64,000 bases of DNA, from assembly GCF_009914755.1 (NCBI RefSeq), contig NC_060944.1, one strand, 5' to 3'. The first letter of the stretch is position 1. Each line of letters begins with the position of its first letter. This stretch comes from the human T2T-CHM13v2.0 reference genome, Homo sapiens. This document shows, piece by piece, positions 39,884-54,155 of this stretch. Made by a program: the position numbers and the translations under genes. The notes under the pieces are model-generated. The model had not been told where the DNA came from. It ran no database searches and saw only the letters and a program-made list of their open reading frames with translations.

Positions 39884-40540
39884 TCACCCCCTGCACATTT
39901 TTAGAGTGCTTCTCAGTTTTTCACTGCCAACTTGGTGTCCCTAATGGGTCTTGGCAGTAGGGATGGAAAGAAGGGGTGTGGGAAGTCAGTAAGAGAAGAT
40001 AAATTGCCCCAAAGTTATTAATTCCATTAGTTCATAGGGCCATACCCCTTTCCTTTCTCTCCTGAGCGGCACTTCAGCTCGGAAGGTACAGGTAATCCCT
40101 TAAGTGCTTCATCAAAGAGAATAAAGAACATGGAGCAATCACTCCTTGGCTGAGATATTAAAAGAATAAATTCAGGTTGGGTGCACCACCTTGGTTGTCA
40201 AAGAGAGGCCATATATCACACCTAAAGGACATTCACCAGTGTCAAAAAGAACGAGCTGTCTTTCTCCCCAAGGGAAAATTGCCTGTGGTGGAGGGAGATT
40301 CATTCAACTGGGTTTTTGCAAGTCAGGTCAAGAAGAGGAGGGTGCGACCAGGTTGATCACATCTGAAATATGATTGGCAGACAGCTAAGTGACCTCGGTG
40401 AGAAGCGAAGTAAATTACCTTTTGGTTTCAGGTTTTCTGAAAAGCTGTGAGCCAGGCCCTTTGGCACAAAGTACATGCTAGGGGGTCACCTCCATCATGG
40501 GGAGCATCATCTGGGGCTGCTGGGGTGGTCAGGACCCTCA

Positions 40541-41137
<597 letters not shown>

Positions 41138-41229
41138 TTAGGGATAAAATTCAAGTGAACTGTGAATGAGTTATAACCCCAATACTATACCATTGCCCCA
41201 GGAGTCTCCCACAAGACAGAAGACAGCTC

Positions 41230-41703
41230 TAGGAGTTTCCTGGGGGCTGCTGTACCAAGTGACTACAAACTGAGTGGCTTATAACAAGAGAAATGTGTTC
41301 TCTCACCATTCCAGAGGCCAGAAATCCAAAATCAAGGCGTCAACAGGGCCAAGCGCCTTCTGAAGCCTCCAGGAGAGGCTCCTTCCTGGCCTCTTCCAGC
41401 TTCTGGTGGCTCTGGGTGTCCTTGGCTGGTGGCCGCATCCTCCCATCTCTGCCTCCATCCTCTGCCTCCGTCCTCACGTGGCCTTCTCCTCTTCTCTGTG
41501 TGTCAGGCCTCACTCTGCCTCTCTCCTGCAAGGATGGCTGTCATTGGATTTAGGGTCTGGCAGGATAATCCAGGGTGATCTCATCACAAGATTCTTCACT
41601 TAATCACATCCACAAGGACATTTTCCCCATAAGGTCACAATAACAGATTCTAGGGATTATGATGTGGACACATCTTTTGGGGGTTACCATTCAACCCATA
41701 ATA
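41230..41703 (-). mobile_element. MaLR LTR (MLT1C-like)
   Basis: gctgctgtaccaag..acaaactgagtggcttataac...ccagaggccagaaatccaaaatcaagg...cttaatcacatc...aaggtcaca...gtggacacatcttttgggg..cattcaaccc. Confidence 0.9.
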
Positions 41704-41711
41704 GTAGCTGG

Positions 41712-42100
41712 TTGTTTAAAGCTGGGGTCCCCAGGAAGCAGACCCTAGACAAGGCTTTGAGGGCAAGCAGCCGCTCTGGGAGGCAATCCCAGGTAACAGC
41801 CCTAAGACCCCGAGAAAGCGGTAGAGAGGAAAGAGTGAAGTAATGCTCTCAGCGCATCACAGCAGCGAGTGACCCAGGCTGGTTCTCACCAGGGGGCTCT
41901 GGGAGATGGTGCCGGGCAGGCTGTGGGGCAAGGAAACTGGGGTCTCATTCAACTCCCACCATCCTTGGCTCAGGGCTGCTTCTGGGCATGAGAACTCCAT
42001 GGTGCCTCCAGTTATGGGAGATCCCAGAGGAGAGTCGCTGGTGTTCACAGAAGGACATTGTTGGAATGTTCTGGAACTGAGTGCCAAGGGCATATGGGCA
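41712..42100 (-). mobile_element. ERVL LTR16-like
   Basis: ggggtccccaggaagcagaccctagacaaggctttgagggcaagcag...tgggaggcaatcccagg. Confidence 0.65.
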
Positions 42101-42949
42101 CGTACAGCAGCATCCCTGACCCCAGTCCTGGCGAACTCCCCTTTCTTTCTTCCTCCGGGCTCCAATGTCACAGGATGCTGCAGAAGCCCGTGTGGGCAGG
42201 ACCCAGCCCAGATCCTCAGGGCTTCCCTGGGACCCCACACGATTCCTCTCCATTCATAAGCTCCCCCTCCCAGCCTCTGCCTCCTCCAGCCTCCTGGATG
42301 GATCTAGGTGGTCTCCGATTGGTGTGCTCGGGACACCATATTAGTGGAGGGAGGGAGGTTTAGATCCTGCTGGGGACAGGGAGAGACAGAGGCCGATGGT
42401 GGTCAGAGGGGCCATTTGCTGTTGCCTCCTCCCCCTGAAGGTGCCAGGGCTAGAGGTAGCTGGAACATCACCTGGGCTTCAGGTAGTGGTGTGGCCTCAG
42501 CCTTCCAACCCCAAACCAGATATGCCTTTTCCCCTGAGCTGACAGTGGGAAAGTTGGCTCGGACCCAGAGGATGGAGTCCCGTCTGTGTGAACACAGCAA
42601 GCAGAGATACCTGCGGCCCTGGGAGCAGCTTGGTCCAGGAAGCAGAAGCCTGGGCTACACATGGTATGAACAGTGATCTGCATTTCATTAACTCTGCCCC
42701 CAGGCTATTGGCTGCCACCAAGTTTGCTGTCCTGGTGAGGAGCAGGCAAGGGGTACAGAGATGGGAAGCAGGGCCCCGTCTGGCATTTTTACCAGGGGTG
42801 ACGCTGCTTCTTCACTGAGCCAAAGTAGAAACTGGGCAGCAGAAGGAAACGGTTCTCCCTAAATAACCTTGGGCAGCTCCTGAGCTGGGTACGTGGCTCT
42901 CCGATGCCACATCTGTTCTTCCTGCTTCCAGCAAAGACTCCAGCCCTGC

Positions 42950-43392
42950 TTTCCATCTGCGACCTTCAGAATGGGCTTGACTCCCCACCTGGAACCACAG
43001 TGGGTGCAGGACCCAGGCTGGGTAAATCAGAGTCAGCCATGGGTCAGAGATGGACACATGGCCCAATCAGGCCACTGAGTGTCAAGCCCTGGGCTCCTGG
43101 CAGAATCTGTGCAGAAGAATCTCTCTCTTTCCTCTGGCCGCTAACATAGGCGACACAAGCCTGGAGCTCTTGTGGCCCCTGTGGCCTCCTGAGCAGAGCT
43201 GGGCTGGGAATGAGGCCTCAGAGAGGGCACTGGAGCCGGGAGGTGGAGAGACAGGGGTCTGATGATATTCAGCAGCCAGATCCAGATGTGAAGCCCAGCC
43301 TCTCCTCCGGGACTTTCCGGTTACATGAGCCAACAGATTTGCCTGCTTCGAGTTGAGTTTCTGTCACTTGCAACCTAATGAGTCCTGACTAT
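42950..43392 (+). mobile_element. MaLR LTR (MLT1J/K-like)
   Basis: gggtcagagatggacacatggcccaatcaggcc...ttacatgagccaac...tttctgtcacttgcaacc...gtcctgact. Confidence 0.75.
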
Positions 43393-43550
43393 GGCAGTTA
43401 CTTAACCTCTCTGAGCCTCAGTTTCTGAGTCTATAAAATGGGAATAAAAGTGGTACTTTATATGGTTGTTCTTACATACGATGCTCTGAGGATGTAGTTT
43501 GTGAGAAGGCAGTGGGAATGCAGTAAGTTTAATCAAGGTTTGTTGAGTGA
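43393..43550 (+). mobile_element. MIR
   Basis: gttacttaacctctctgagcctcagtttc...ctataaaatgggaataa. Confidence 0.85.
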
Positions 43551-43889
43551 GGGAAATTCAGGAAACTTCTGTCAGTCACTTTAGCCAATTTGAAGCTCTC
43601 CTTTTTTTGTGCAAAGACAAACTACAGCTTACTCAACTGGTACTAATTTATCTAGGTTCAGCATTTGATTTTATTGGGCCTTGGATTTTCATCTATTTTG
43701 TGTCTATCTCATTGCTCCAAACTAGTACAAGCTCCTGAATTGCCAGGGCCACTTCTTATTCCTCCTGGGATGATCAGGTTGGGCGGGCCAGGGTGCTGCT
43801 TTAAAAGTCAGATTTTGCTTCTTTAGTCTTCCCTATTGTTAATGAACAGTTTTTGGATGTCACTTTGTGCCTAGCTTGTTCTAAGTGTT

Positions 43890-44375
43890 TATGTTAGTTA
43901 AGGGTTTTCTGTGTCTATAGAAGGAAAAATTCAAACTGAGTTAAGCCCAAACTAGACTTTGTTGGCTCACATAGCTGAAAGGCCCCGGGGTAGCTGCCTT
44001 CAGGCCTGGCTGGACCTAGTAGTTCCAGTGTCATCACAGGACTCTAAGAACTGTCATGGCTCTGCTTTTTTATGTGCTGGTGCCAAGACTATCTGTTCCT
44101 GGGGGATCCCAGCAGCCCCAGACTCATGGGAAAAAATGACCATGTCTTTCCCTTGGTCACTCTAACAAAAGTCTCAGAAGTAGCCCTGATTGGACAATCT
44201 GGGTCACATGCCCATCTGTCAATCAATCACTGTGGTCAGGATTATGCTGACTGACTGAGGGCTGAGTTGCAAGCCCCACCCCCTGCCCTGCTCAACTACA
44301 AGGACCAAGAAGGGGAATGAATTCCTCTGGGAACATCAGCATGCAGCTACTAGAAGAAAGGCTAATGGATGCCGA
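43890..44375 (-). mobile_element. MaLR LTR (MLT1K/J-like)
   Basis: ttggctcacatagctgaaagg...ccttcaggcctggctggacc...ctgattgg...gggtcacatgccca...aatcactgtgg. Confidence 0.75.
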
Positions 44376-45264
44376 GCCACCTCTGTGGCCCTTGTCACTC
44401 AAATACTAACAAGTTGCAGAAGTAGGTACCATTACATGTTGCATATGAGGACAGATGAGGCACAGGGAGGGTAAGGGACCTGCCCAGTGGCACACAGTTG
44501 ATCAATTGATAAGAAGACTCCAACCCAACTACAAGGTTCTTTGTAATGACCTCAAAAAGAATTTTTGCTGTTGTTTCTCTGCTTTCCTCTGTTTGTGATT
44601 CCCTCACACCAGCACAGTGCAAGACACACAGTAGGCCTGAAAACACTGCTCATTTGAGTCCATGGATGCCTCTTTCTGGTGTTTGTGTGATTGTTTACTC
44701 CTCAGGGTTTCCAATGACTACAGAGTACGGCCAACAGCAAAACACACCAATTTTTACTGCAAATTAGTTTTTGAATAAATGATATATAAGTTTATGCATC
44801 CTAATTAACCAAAAATTATTTATTACAGCAATTAAAATAAAGTTGTGTAAATGACTGCAATTTTAAGTTCTTGACAAAGCAATAAAGTCCATTACTATTT
44901 CTTGCCCTGCCGAGGCTCCTGGAAATCCTGCCAGCTGCTCAGCTGTCCCGCCCCCCGTGAAGATTGCAAGGAGCAGAGTCAGAGAATTTATTGAGCTGGG
45001 TCCCCTGGGGAACTGACTTCAGGCTGGAGGCCCTCAGGCAACAATCAGCATCTTCTGACTTAGTAATGCCAGGGAGGGTATTAGAAACCACTAGACTCCT
45101 CAGCCACCCAGACACAAAGATACAAGGTGGGGTGATGTGCATGTCTCTCTTCAGGACAGCCCAGAACAGCCAAGTCCGTTCTGCCTCTAACTCTCCTTCC
45201 CCTTTTGCTTTGTCCTGTGACTTGCTGGGACCAACCTGAAATGCCCCCTCTTCCCAAACCAACA

Positions 45265-45614
45265 TTTATCCATCCATCCATCTAGTCATCCATCCGTCTA
45301 GTCATCCATCCGTCATCCTTCATCCATCCATTCATCCTTTCTTCCATCCATCCATCCATCCATCCATCCTTCCATCCATCCATCGTTCCACCCACCCAAT
45401 CATTCATCCATTTATCACCCATCCATCCATCCATCTGTCATCCATCTAATCATCTATCCTTCATCTACTCATCTGTCCACCCATCTCTCCAATCATCCAT
45501 TCACCTAATTGTCCATACATCCTTCCACCCATTCATTCAGTCATCCATTTATCCATCCAATAATTAATCTAATTATCACAATTCATCCATCCATCCATCC
45601 ATCCATCCATCCAT
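45265..45614. repeat. Degenerate (CCAT)n repeat
   Basis: ccatccat runs. Confidence 0.93.
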
Positions 45615-46109
45615 GTTACCATCAATGTACCATACCCCAGGTGCATGTTTCCCATTTAAGTGTCCTTGGGGGCATAGTGACTACTGCAAAACTCCAAAGA
45701 GAGCTGTCAGCCATGGGCTCAGCCAGGGATCCTGGGGAGTGCCAGGAAAATTCCCCTGGGAAACACCAATTGTTGTCCCATCCCTAGCCCTACAAGTATT
45801 CTGGGGGAGGCTGAGAATGAGTAGATTCCTTTTCTCTATGTGGAGAGGAAGAATGCAGGCAGGAGAATGGCATAGAAGAAATGAAAGGCATTTTAAAGAA
45901 TTTTGGGGCCATAATCCAAGGAAGTAAAACTGGTGTGGAGCCTGCTTCTCATCATTTTCCAGTGGAGGGGAGCACGAAGCATGGTTGGATTTCGCAGATA
46001 TTGGATGGGACATACTTGTATTAAAAAGTATGTTGTTTATTTGAAATTCAAATTTATTTCTCTTCTTTTATTCTTTCTTTAGCATGATCTGACAACCATA
46101 AGCTTGCAG

Positions 46110-46300
46110 ACCCACCTGGGTTCTGCCTCTTGTGAACAGGTAACCTTCGGTGAGTCACTCTGACACTTGGTGAGCCTCTCTGACACTCACCTTTCTCACC
46201 TATAAAATGGGGATAACAATAAATACCTCGGGGAGTGTAACCAAAATTGCCCACCACTGGGACCACATAGGTGGTGGATTGTGTAGAACAGAAACATGAA
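46110..46300 (+). mobile_element. MIR
   Basis: ctcacctttctcacctataaaatggggataacaataaatacctc. Confidence 0.7.
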
Positions 46301-47282
46301 GGGCTCACCAGGAATTCCAGGTCTGTAGACTGCAGGACAGAGGCCTCAGCCAGAAGTGCTCAGAATCCAAGTTCGACAATGCTCCGCCAGTCACAGGAAA
46401 CATCTGTGGGGCAACTGTGGTCCCTAGGCTGCTATTTTGTAAGCTCCCATTTTTCTAGGGCTGTCCAAAGGATGACATAGGATAACATGGTGATATATGA
46501 ACCCCAAAGGTTCGGCGCACCGAGCCGGCATTGCACAAATGGCAGCTCCAGGGCTCTCGGGGCAGAGATCAACTCTATTGTTTTCAGCCCCTTCTCTTGC
46601 TCCCAATGCTCCCCCCTGCTCTCTCTCTTTTCAGGACCTCCCCTCTCCCCTACCTCATCTGTTGCAGCAACTCCTGCATCTACAGATGTCCACTGACTGC
46701 TTCCAAACCCTACAGCTCTTCACATATGGGAGAAAAAGACTTGGCAGTTTCTTAAGGGATACTCACAAAAGACCATGTTGAGACTTGGGTTTTGGAATGA
46801 GACAAACTTGAACATGGACTTGACCACTAACTCTTTCAGCAACTCATTCTGTGCCAGTGGGCAGCTCATTCAGCACCTTCACATGCAGTGCCTGTGAAAT
46901 AAGTACTGAAATGAGGTGAAATAAATACTGAAATGAAATAAGTGTGAAATAAGGTCTGGAGCTCCGAGAGCTGTGGCCAGTGCTCCATAAATGCCAACAG
47001 TGACCAGCAGGACCAGCAGTACTACATGATTCTCAGAGCCACAAGGGCCCTCAGAGCGGACTTCCTCTAGCACAGTACTCATTGGAGGAGAGCTGGCTTG
47101 ATTTGCAGCTTTCTCTAGCTCTTAGCTTCTGGGAAACAAGAGGTCAGAACAGGGTGACTGCTTGCTCACCCTGTGTGTAAGAAATTTTACAAGAATGGGA
47201 ACTCCATTGCAGACTTGTTGCTTGTTTCAAAACATTCATCCATCTACGGTTTTTCAGGATGCTGACTTTAATCCACTATAAA

Positions 47283-47775
47283 TGTGTCAGTCAAAATCCT
47301 TTTAGTTGCAGGTGATAAAATTACCAGCTCTGAGTAACTAAAAGATGGGGGTTGACTAATTGTGTACAACAAGCAGCCTGGAGAAGGGGAGTAACCCGGG
47401 GCTCCTGTGTTTTGCATGTTTCTGCCTTGCCATCTTCACAGTCACAAGAAGGTTGCCATAGCTCCAGGCATCATGTGCTTACACCATAGTATCCTACACA
47501 AGAAAGAAGGAGGTACAAGCCAAAGATCTTTCTCTTTATAAATCTCTCTTTATTCTTGGGGATAAGCTCTTCCAGAAGCTTCCTAGCAGATTTTCTTCTG
47601 CAGTTCAGTGTTGGGAAGTAGGTCACACACCCATCCCTACACCAAAAACAAAGAAAAATAAGATGGCAGTGGCTTAGACCGATTTGCACTTTCTGTGATT
47701 GCTGCACAAAATCAGTGTTCTAGTCACAGGAACAATGGAGGAATGACTACTGAGTGGACGGTCAGTATTTCTGCC
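47283..47775 (-). mobile_element. MaLR LTR (MLT1-like)
   Basis: tgtgtcagtcaaaatccttttagttgcaggtga...cacaagaaggttgccatagctccaggcatcatg...ggtcacacacccatcccta. Confidence 0.7.
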
Positions 47776-48686
47776 ATTTGTAATAATAATGCAGATAAAA
47801 GTAGCTTCCATTTGCGGAGGACTTACTATGAGCAAGTCATCCGGTTAAAGGCTTGACTGAATGACATTAGTTTCTCACGATAGCCCCATTTTGATCATAC
47901 AAGAACCCACTGTTCTTGTTCCCATTTTCAAGGGAGGCAAGTGCATTCTGTGGGGCACCTGGTGCTGGCTGTCCCTGAAGCTGTCCCTGGTGCTGGCTGT
48001 CCCTGAAGTTATCCCTGATGCGTGTCCCATCAGTCAGCCGAGGGTGGAACAAAAACTATGAAGCCACCAATGACCCCACGCTCCCCCTCCACTTCCCAGA
48101 TTCCATGCATCCTTGCTCAGGTCTGGCAGGAGAAGCCAAGAATAGACCCTGCCTTGCTGGTGCCCAGCAGCAGCTGCAGGAGGAGGCATGGGTCTGCCCT
48201 CTAACTCAATTGCATGTTTCGACCATGTTGCAACATTCCAGGCCAAAGGCAGTGATTTCTAATCAACAGGATTGTGTCCTTGGTCCAGGCCTTTCTGGAG
48301 CACTTAAAGTGACTGGTGACAACTGTTTCTGTGGGTCCTCTTTCAGTCTTCATTCATGTGGGACATTTTGACTGGGGAATGGTTTTATGCCTTGGGCCTC
48401 AAAAACGTTCCAGGCGTTTTGGTCACAGGAAAGTGACCGCCAGAAAAGAGGTGGGGACAACTGAGACTCATGTGAGTCTGATGGAAACTTGGGGGGAACA
48501 ACGTGTTAGTACTTGGACCTATTTCTGAGCAATGGAGAGGAAGCACGCAAACACACTTGTAAGGCACCTACACCATGCCGGGTCTGTGCAAGGCAGGGAG
48601 CTGAGCAGTGGCCACTCACCTGCTTGGGCCTCCCTTCTAAAGCTGCAGCCTGTCCACTTCTCTCTGTTGGCGGAAGGCAGAAAAAC

Positions 48687-49170
48687 CTCTCTCTCTCCAT
48701 TTCTTTCTGTCTCTCCATCTCTGTCTTTCGGTCTCTGCCTTGCTGTTTCTGCCTTTCTCTGTCTCTGTTCTCTGTGTCTCTTTGTCTCTGTCTCTGTCTT
48801 TCTGTTTTTCTCTGTGTCTCTGTCTCTGTGTCTATTTCGGTCTTTGTGTCTGTCTCTTTTTTCCATCTCTCTTTGTCATCTGTCCTTCTCTCTGTCTCTG
48901 TTTCTGTCTTTGTCTCTGTTTCTCTGTCTGTGTCCATCTCTGCCTCTCTATCTCTTTTTTATCTCTCTTTATCTTTCTGCCTCTATCTCTTTCTCTATTT
49001 CTCTCTCTGTGTTTTTCTTTTATCTCTGTTTTTCTGTCTGTGTCTGTCTTTCTCCCTGTCTCTGTCTCTGTGTTTCTTCTGTGTCTCTCTGTCTCCGCCT
49101 CCTTATTTCTGTCTCTGTCTCTTTCCATCTCTCTCAATCTCTGTGTTTCTTTTTTATCTCTGTCTCTCTT
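48687..49170. repeat. (TC/TCTG)n pyrimidine-rich tract
   Basis: tctctgtctc runs; explains the Ser/Leu/Cys and Arg/Glu/Thr ORFs. Confidence 0.95.
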
Positions 49171-49199
49171 TCACAGCATGCACACACACACACACACAC

Positions 49200-50245
49200 A
49201 CACAGGTGGGTCTTTAGGCAGAAATGATTCTTTTTATTTAACCAAGAATGAATTGGGCTGAAACACACACATTTTTGCCATTTTCAGTTTATCAAAAAGT
49301 ATATGTACATATGTGTGTGTGAGTGTGTATGCATATGTGAGTGCCTCTCTAGATAAAGTGCTTCTCCCCCTCCCTACCTTCTGCCTCTGGGTAGAACACA
49401 CTGATTTCTAAATAGCACCAGGAGACCCACACACTCTGACCTGCCTGGTCTGCAGGGCCAGACTTGCAGGTAGCTGTGTCTGTACAGACACAACTGTATG
49501 TGTGTGTGAGGCCCAATCCTCTCTCTCTAGCAGAATGAGGAGATGTATCTTTTTTTTCAGGATGGAAAACTACTGCTCTCTGAGCCGTGCTCTCCTGTGT
49601 GGGTAGAAAGATGCCTCTTTATCAGGACCAGCTCTAGGCCGCGCGGCCTCTGTTTTATTTGCTAAGGATCTGCCTTCTGAAATGCAAAATCATCTTTGTT
49701 TATTTGGGTTGGTTTGTTCCTCCCTGCAATGAGAAAAAAATATATAGTCTTTATGCACACAGAAAAACATATCTCCTCTCTGTCTCACACTCTCTTTGAT
49801 ACACACACACACCACACATGCGCGTGCGCGCACGCGCACACACGCACACACACACACACATTTTCCCTTCTTTCACTATGTGCCACTGGGAAAACAAACC
49901 CTTCATTCCTCGTTATTCCACACACGTAGAATAATGTGTGTGTCTCCAGGCAGAAAGTCAGAAAGTCTTTTCTCTCAATCCCTTTCCTTTTGGCCCCCCA
50001 TTCTTACACATGGTGCACACACACACGCACACACACACACACGCACTCACAGGCTCCATCACTGGAAAAACTGTCTCCCTTCTTTCACTAAAGATGCACC
50101 ACCCAAAAAGCCAGCACTTGATCTAGATGCAGATCTGATTGAGCCAAACTTGTGTGCACACACTCTCTCACGCACATGGATGCACACACACACTCTCACA
50201 CACTTTCCTGCATGCTGAGAAATGAATCCCTGAAGAAGGGAAGTG

Positions 50246-50276
<31 letters not shown>

Positions 50277-50811
50277 TGTGTTTGTCAAAAATTATTCTGT
50301 CTCAGAGAGTGGGTCTCTGAAGTCTTTATTACTGGATGGAAATACTGGCTCCTTTGAGAAAGTTTGTACTAGGGAGAAAAACATACGCATAAATTCTGTC
50401 TGTTGAAGAGGAAAATTGTGTGTGTGAGTGTGTAGAAGGTAAATGTCCTTTCTGTGTTGGTTTGTTTCTCTCTGCAATGAGAAAAAATGTTTTTATCCAT
50501 GAAGAGAAAGTGTCCCCTTTTCCCCCCACACCCCCTCCACATGCACGCACATGTGTACACACACACACATTTTCCCTTCTCTCACTGAATATGTGCCACT
50601 GGTGAAACAGACTCTATTTCTCAGTATGCAGAATAAAGTATGTGTGTGTCTCCAGGCAGAAAATCAGAAAGTCTTTTAATCTCTTCCTTTCTCTTTCTCT
50701 CTCTCTCTCTCTCTCAGAAAAGTCTCTCTCTGAAGGTTTCTGACACTTGGCAAATAGGCACCTCCCCCACCACCGGACAGAAAAACTCAGTCATGCTGTG
50801 ACAGCAGGAAG

Positions 50812-50848
<37 letters not shown>

Positions 50849-52306
50849 ACGTGCATGCAGGAAGATGTCTGTGTCTTGTTCTGTCTGTGTCTCTGAAAGC
50901 AGACATGCAGCAAGTCTCTCTCTCTCATCCTTACACACACACACACACATTTCACAGGCTCTATCCCTAGGGAAAAATCCCTCACATCTCCCTTTTCTCA
51001 GTAAAGATGCACCACCCAGAAAGACAGCACTCGATCGGATCTGCGTTTGGACTGGCAGAAAGCTGCCTAGCAGGAGTCTCTGGGGGTCTCTCTCACTAGC
51101 TCCTCATCACCAGCAGCAGCGACGCCATCCCCAGCTAAGCAATCCCCTTGGAGAAAGCCCCTGACCACAGCCCCCGCCTTTCCACCTCGGAGACTCGTGT
51201 GTGTCTGGGTATGGGCAGCAGAGAGTCGCTGTCTGTGAGTTGTTTGCTCTTCCCGAGGGCAGGAAAATCTGTATCAGGCAGAAAAATCTGTTTTGAAAAC
51301 ACGCATGCACATTCATGCACACAACACACATACGTACCACACACATACCACATGCATGCACACACAGGCAAAATGTCTTTCCTTCCTTCAGGAAAGGTGC
51401 ACCCCTGGAAAGCCCAGGCACTCTTTCTCAGTTTCCAGAAACCTGCCGGCATTGCTTGTCTTCAGAGACAACGTGTCTGTCAATGAGGAAAGTCTCTCTC
51501 GGAGGCCCTTATCTCTAGGAGAGAAAAACACACAATGAGAGAAACTCACTCTCCCTCTTCCCACACTCAGAAATCCGTGTGTGTGTATGCATTGCGCAGG
51601 AAAAACAAGCAAAACAAACCAAAACCAAACCTCTGTGCTCTGGCCCGTGATCTCTCCGTACACAGGAGAACGTGTGTGCCATTTTCCAGGCAGAAAAAAC
51701 GATTTTGGACACGTGCAAGCTCACTCGGATACGCACACACTCATGCAGAAAGGCCTCAGTTTGCACCAGAAAAACAAGCTCTATTTCCTCTTGGTACCTG
51801 GCCCTCAGAACAGTCTGTGTGCACCTCCAGATAGAAAATGTTTTTTCCCTTTCACTCAGAAAAGGCTCCATCCTAAGCTACCTGTAATGAGGCAGAAACG
51901 ACCTCCACCATTAGTAAAAGGCGCAACTGAGTAACTCACACGCACATGTTACTCTTTCCACACTGAGAGAATCCTGCATGTGTGCCTGCTTGTGCAAAAA
52001 ACCAAAACGTGTCTGGTTTGAGGCTTTCTGTGAGCTCAAAGAGACCTATCTTTTTCCAGATAGAAAAAAACCCCTGTCTTTCCAACACACACACACACAC
52101 ACACGCACACACACACACACACGAATACACGGCACTTGGGACAGAAATGTCCCCCTTGCCGGCCCCAGGGTGCACCGCCTCCAGCACACGATGCTCATTC
52201 CCTGCAGTTCTTGGCTCATGAGCAATTGCCAATTTGTGTCTGTCTTCAGGCACAAGACATTCTCTCACCCAGAAAGGGCCCCCAAGAAAACACAATTCAG
52301 ATAACA

Positions 52307-52337
<31 letters not shown>

Positions 52338-52633
52338 CTTTCTCCAATTCTCACTAAGGCTTCACCACCTAGAACATGATTTCTCAGTTCTTGGAATATT
52401 TTGTGTCTGTTTACGGGCAGAAAATGATCTGTCTCACTCAAATGTCTGTCCCTGAAGCTGCCCTCTACTCTCTCCCGCACCAGAGAAAAGCCCACTCACA
52501 CTCGCCCGCCCTTTTCACACTGAGCAAAGTCTGTGTGTGTGCACCTGCACACACTCTCATGTACGTGGCCAAAAAAATGTCCGTTGGTTCATCTCTTTCT
52601 GCAAACAAATGTGTCTTTTTCTAGGTAGAAAAA

Positions 52634-52680
<47 letters not shown>

Positions 52681-53717
52681 TTTCCCCTTCTCTCAATAAC
52701 TTTGCACCACCTGAAAGGTCATTATCCAATTCTTGGCTCTTGAGAAATCCTTTATCTCCAGTTAGAAAATACTGTTGCTCCCTGAGAAATGTCTAAAGTG
52801 CTCTGTCACTAGGCTGAACAACCTGCCGTGCCCTCCCCTGCACACACACACACTCACACCAGTCAGCAGGCGCGCACACACTCACAACCAGAAGAGCACT
52901 GTGTGCACGTCAGTACACATCCTGTCAGCCTTTCCATGTCTGCGCACACACACACACACGCGCGTGCGTAGGCAGAAACCTTCCCCCTGCCCATCAAGTG
53001 TCACCACTTAAAAATCACTTCTTTTTCTTCTAATTCTCAGCTTATGAAAATCTGTGTGTGTGTGTCTCCAGACAGAAAATGATTTTTTTTCCTCCTAAAT
53101 TGCTTCCTCCAGAGCACTTTCTCACTGGGAGAAATGATTCCCCTCCCCAAGAAAAACACTTTAGAGAAGACGATCACTCCCACTCTGACTTCCTTTTCAT
53201 ATTGGAAAATTGTGTGTGTGTGTGAGAAAAACTGTTCCCTTTTGGTCTGTTTTTTTTTTTTTTGCAAGCCAAAAAACCACGTATCTTTTTTTTCCAGGCA
53301 GAAAAACTACTGTCTGTTTTTCTGTCTATCTCTCTCTTATATACACAGATGTACACACATGTGCACACACACACACACACGCAGAATGTCTTTGTTTTCT
53401 AAGTATTTACCATCTGAAATAACCAGCACTTTCCAATCCCCAGCCCTCAGAAAAATATGTTTCCAGGTAGAAAATATTCTCTGTCTCTCAGAAAAGTCTC
53501 TCTCTAAAGGTTTGTCACTGGGCAGAAATCTCTCTTTCTCTCTCACATACACACACACAACAAGAAGGAAAATGTGTGTCTGTGGTTGTGGTTGTGTGTT
53601 TGTTTTTGTGTGTGTGTGTTTGTGGGTACAAGCCGATGAAAGTCTCTCCATGTTGAGCTGCCTCCCTGCAAGCAAAAAAATACATGTTCTTTTTTTTCCA
53701 GAAAGAAAAAATACGCC

Positions 53718-53763
<46 letters not shown>

Positions 53764-54105
53764 TGTGGCTCTTCTCTATGTACTACCTGAAAAACAAGCA
53801 AACAAACACTATTTCTGGGCTTGCAGAAAATTATGTGCTTGCTTGTTTCCAGGCAAATAACAATATTCTTAATCTTCACTCAGAAAAGTCACTTTTCAAA
53901 ACTCACTGGGCAGAAATACATTCTTCCCTAAAAAATAACAACCTACTCTCACCGTCTTTCCACACTTAGAAAAGTGTGTGTGTGTGTTTGTGTGCACGTG
54001 TGTAGTGGGAAAAAAACCCTCACTTTGTTAGTCTATCTCTTCCTGCAGGCAGAAAAATATACGCATCTTTTTCTCTGCGGGAAAACATGTACGTGAGGTG
54101 CACTG

Positions 54106-54155
<50 letters not shown>

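Noticed and set aside
49340-49370. AAAGTGCTT (miR-302/520 seed-like) suggesting a C19MC-type miRNA cluster
   Set aside because: Single occurrence without a complementary arm; the array units lack the miR-515 family hairpin and flanking Alus.
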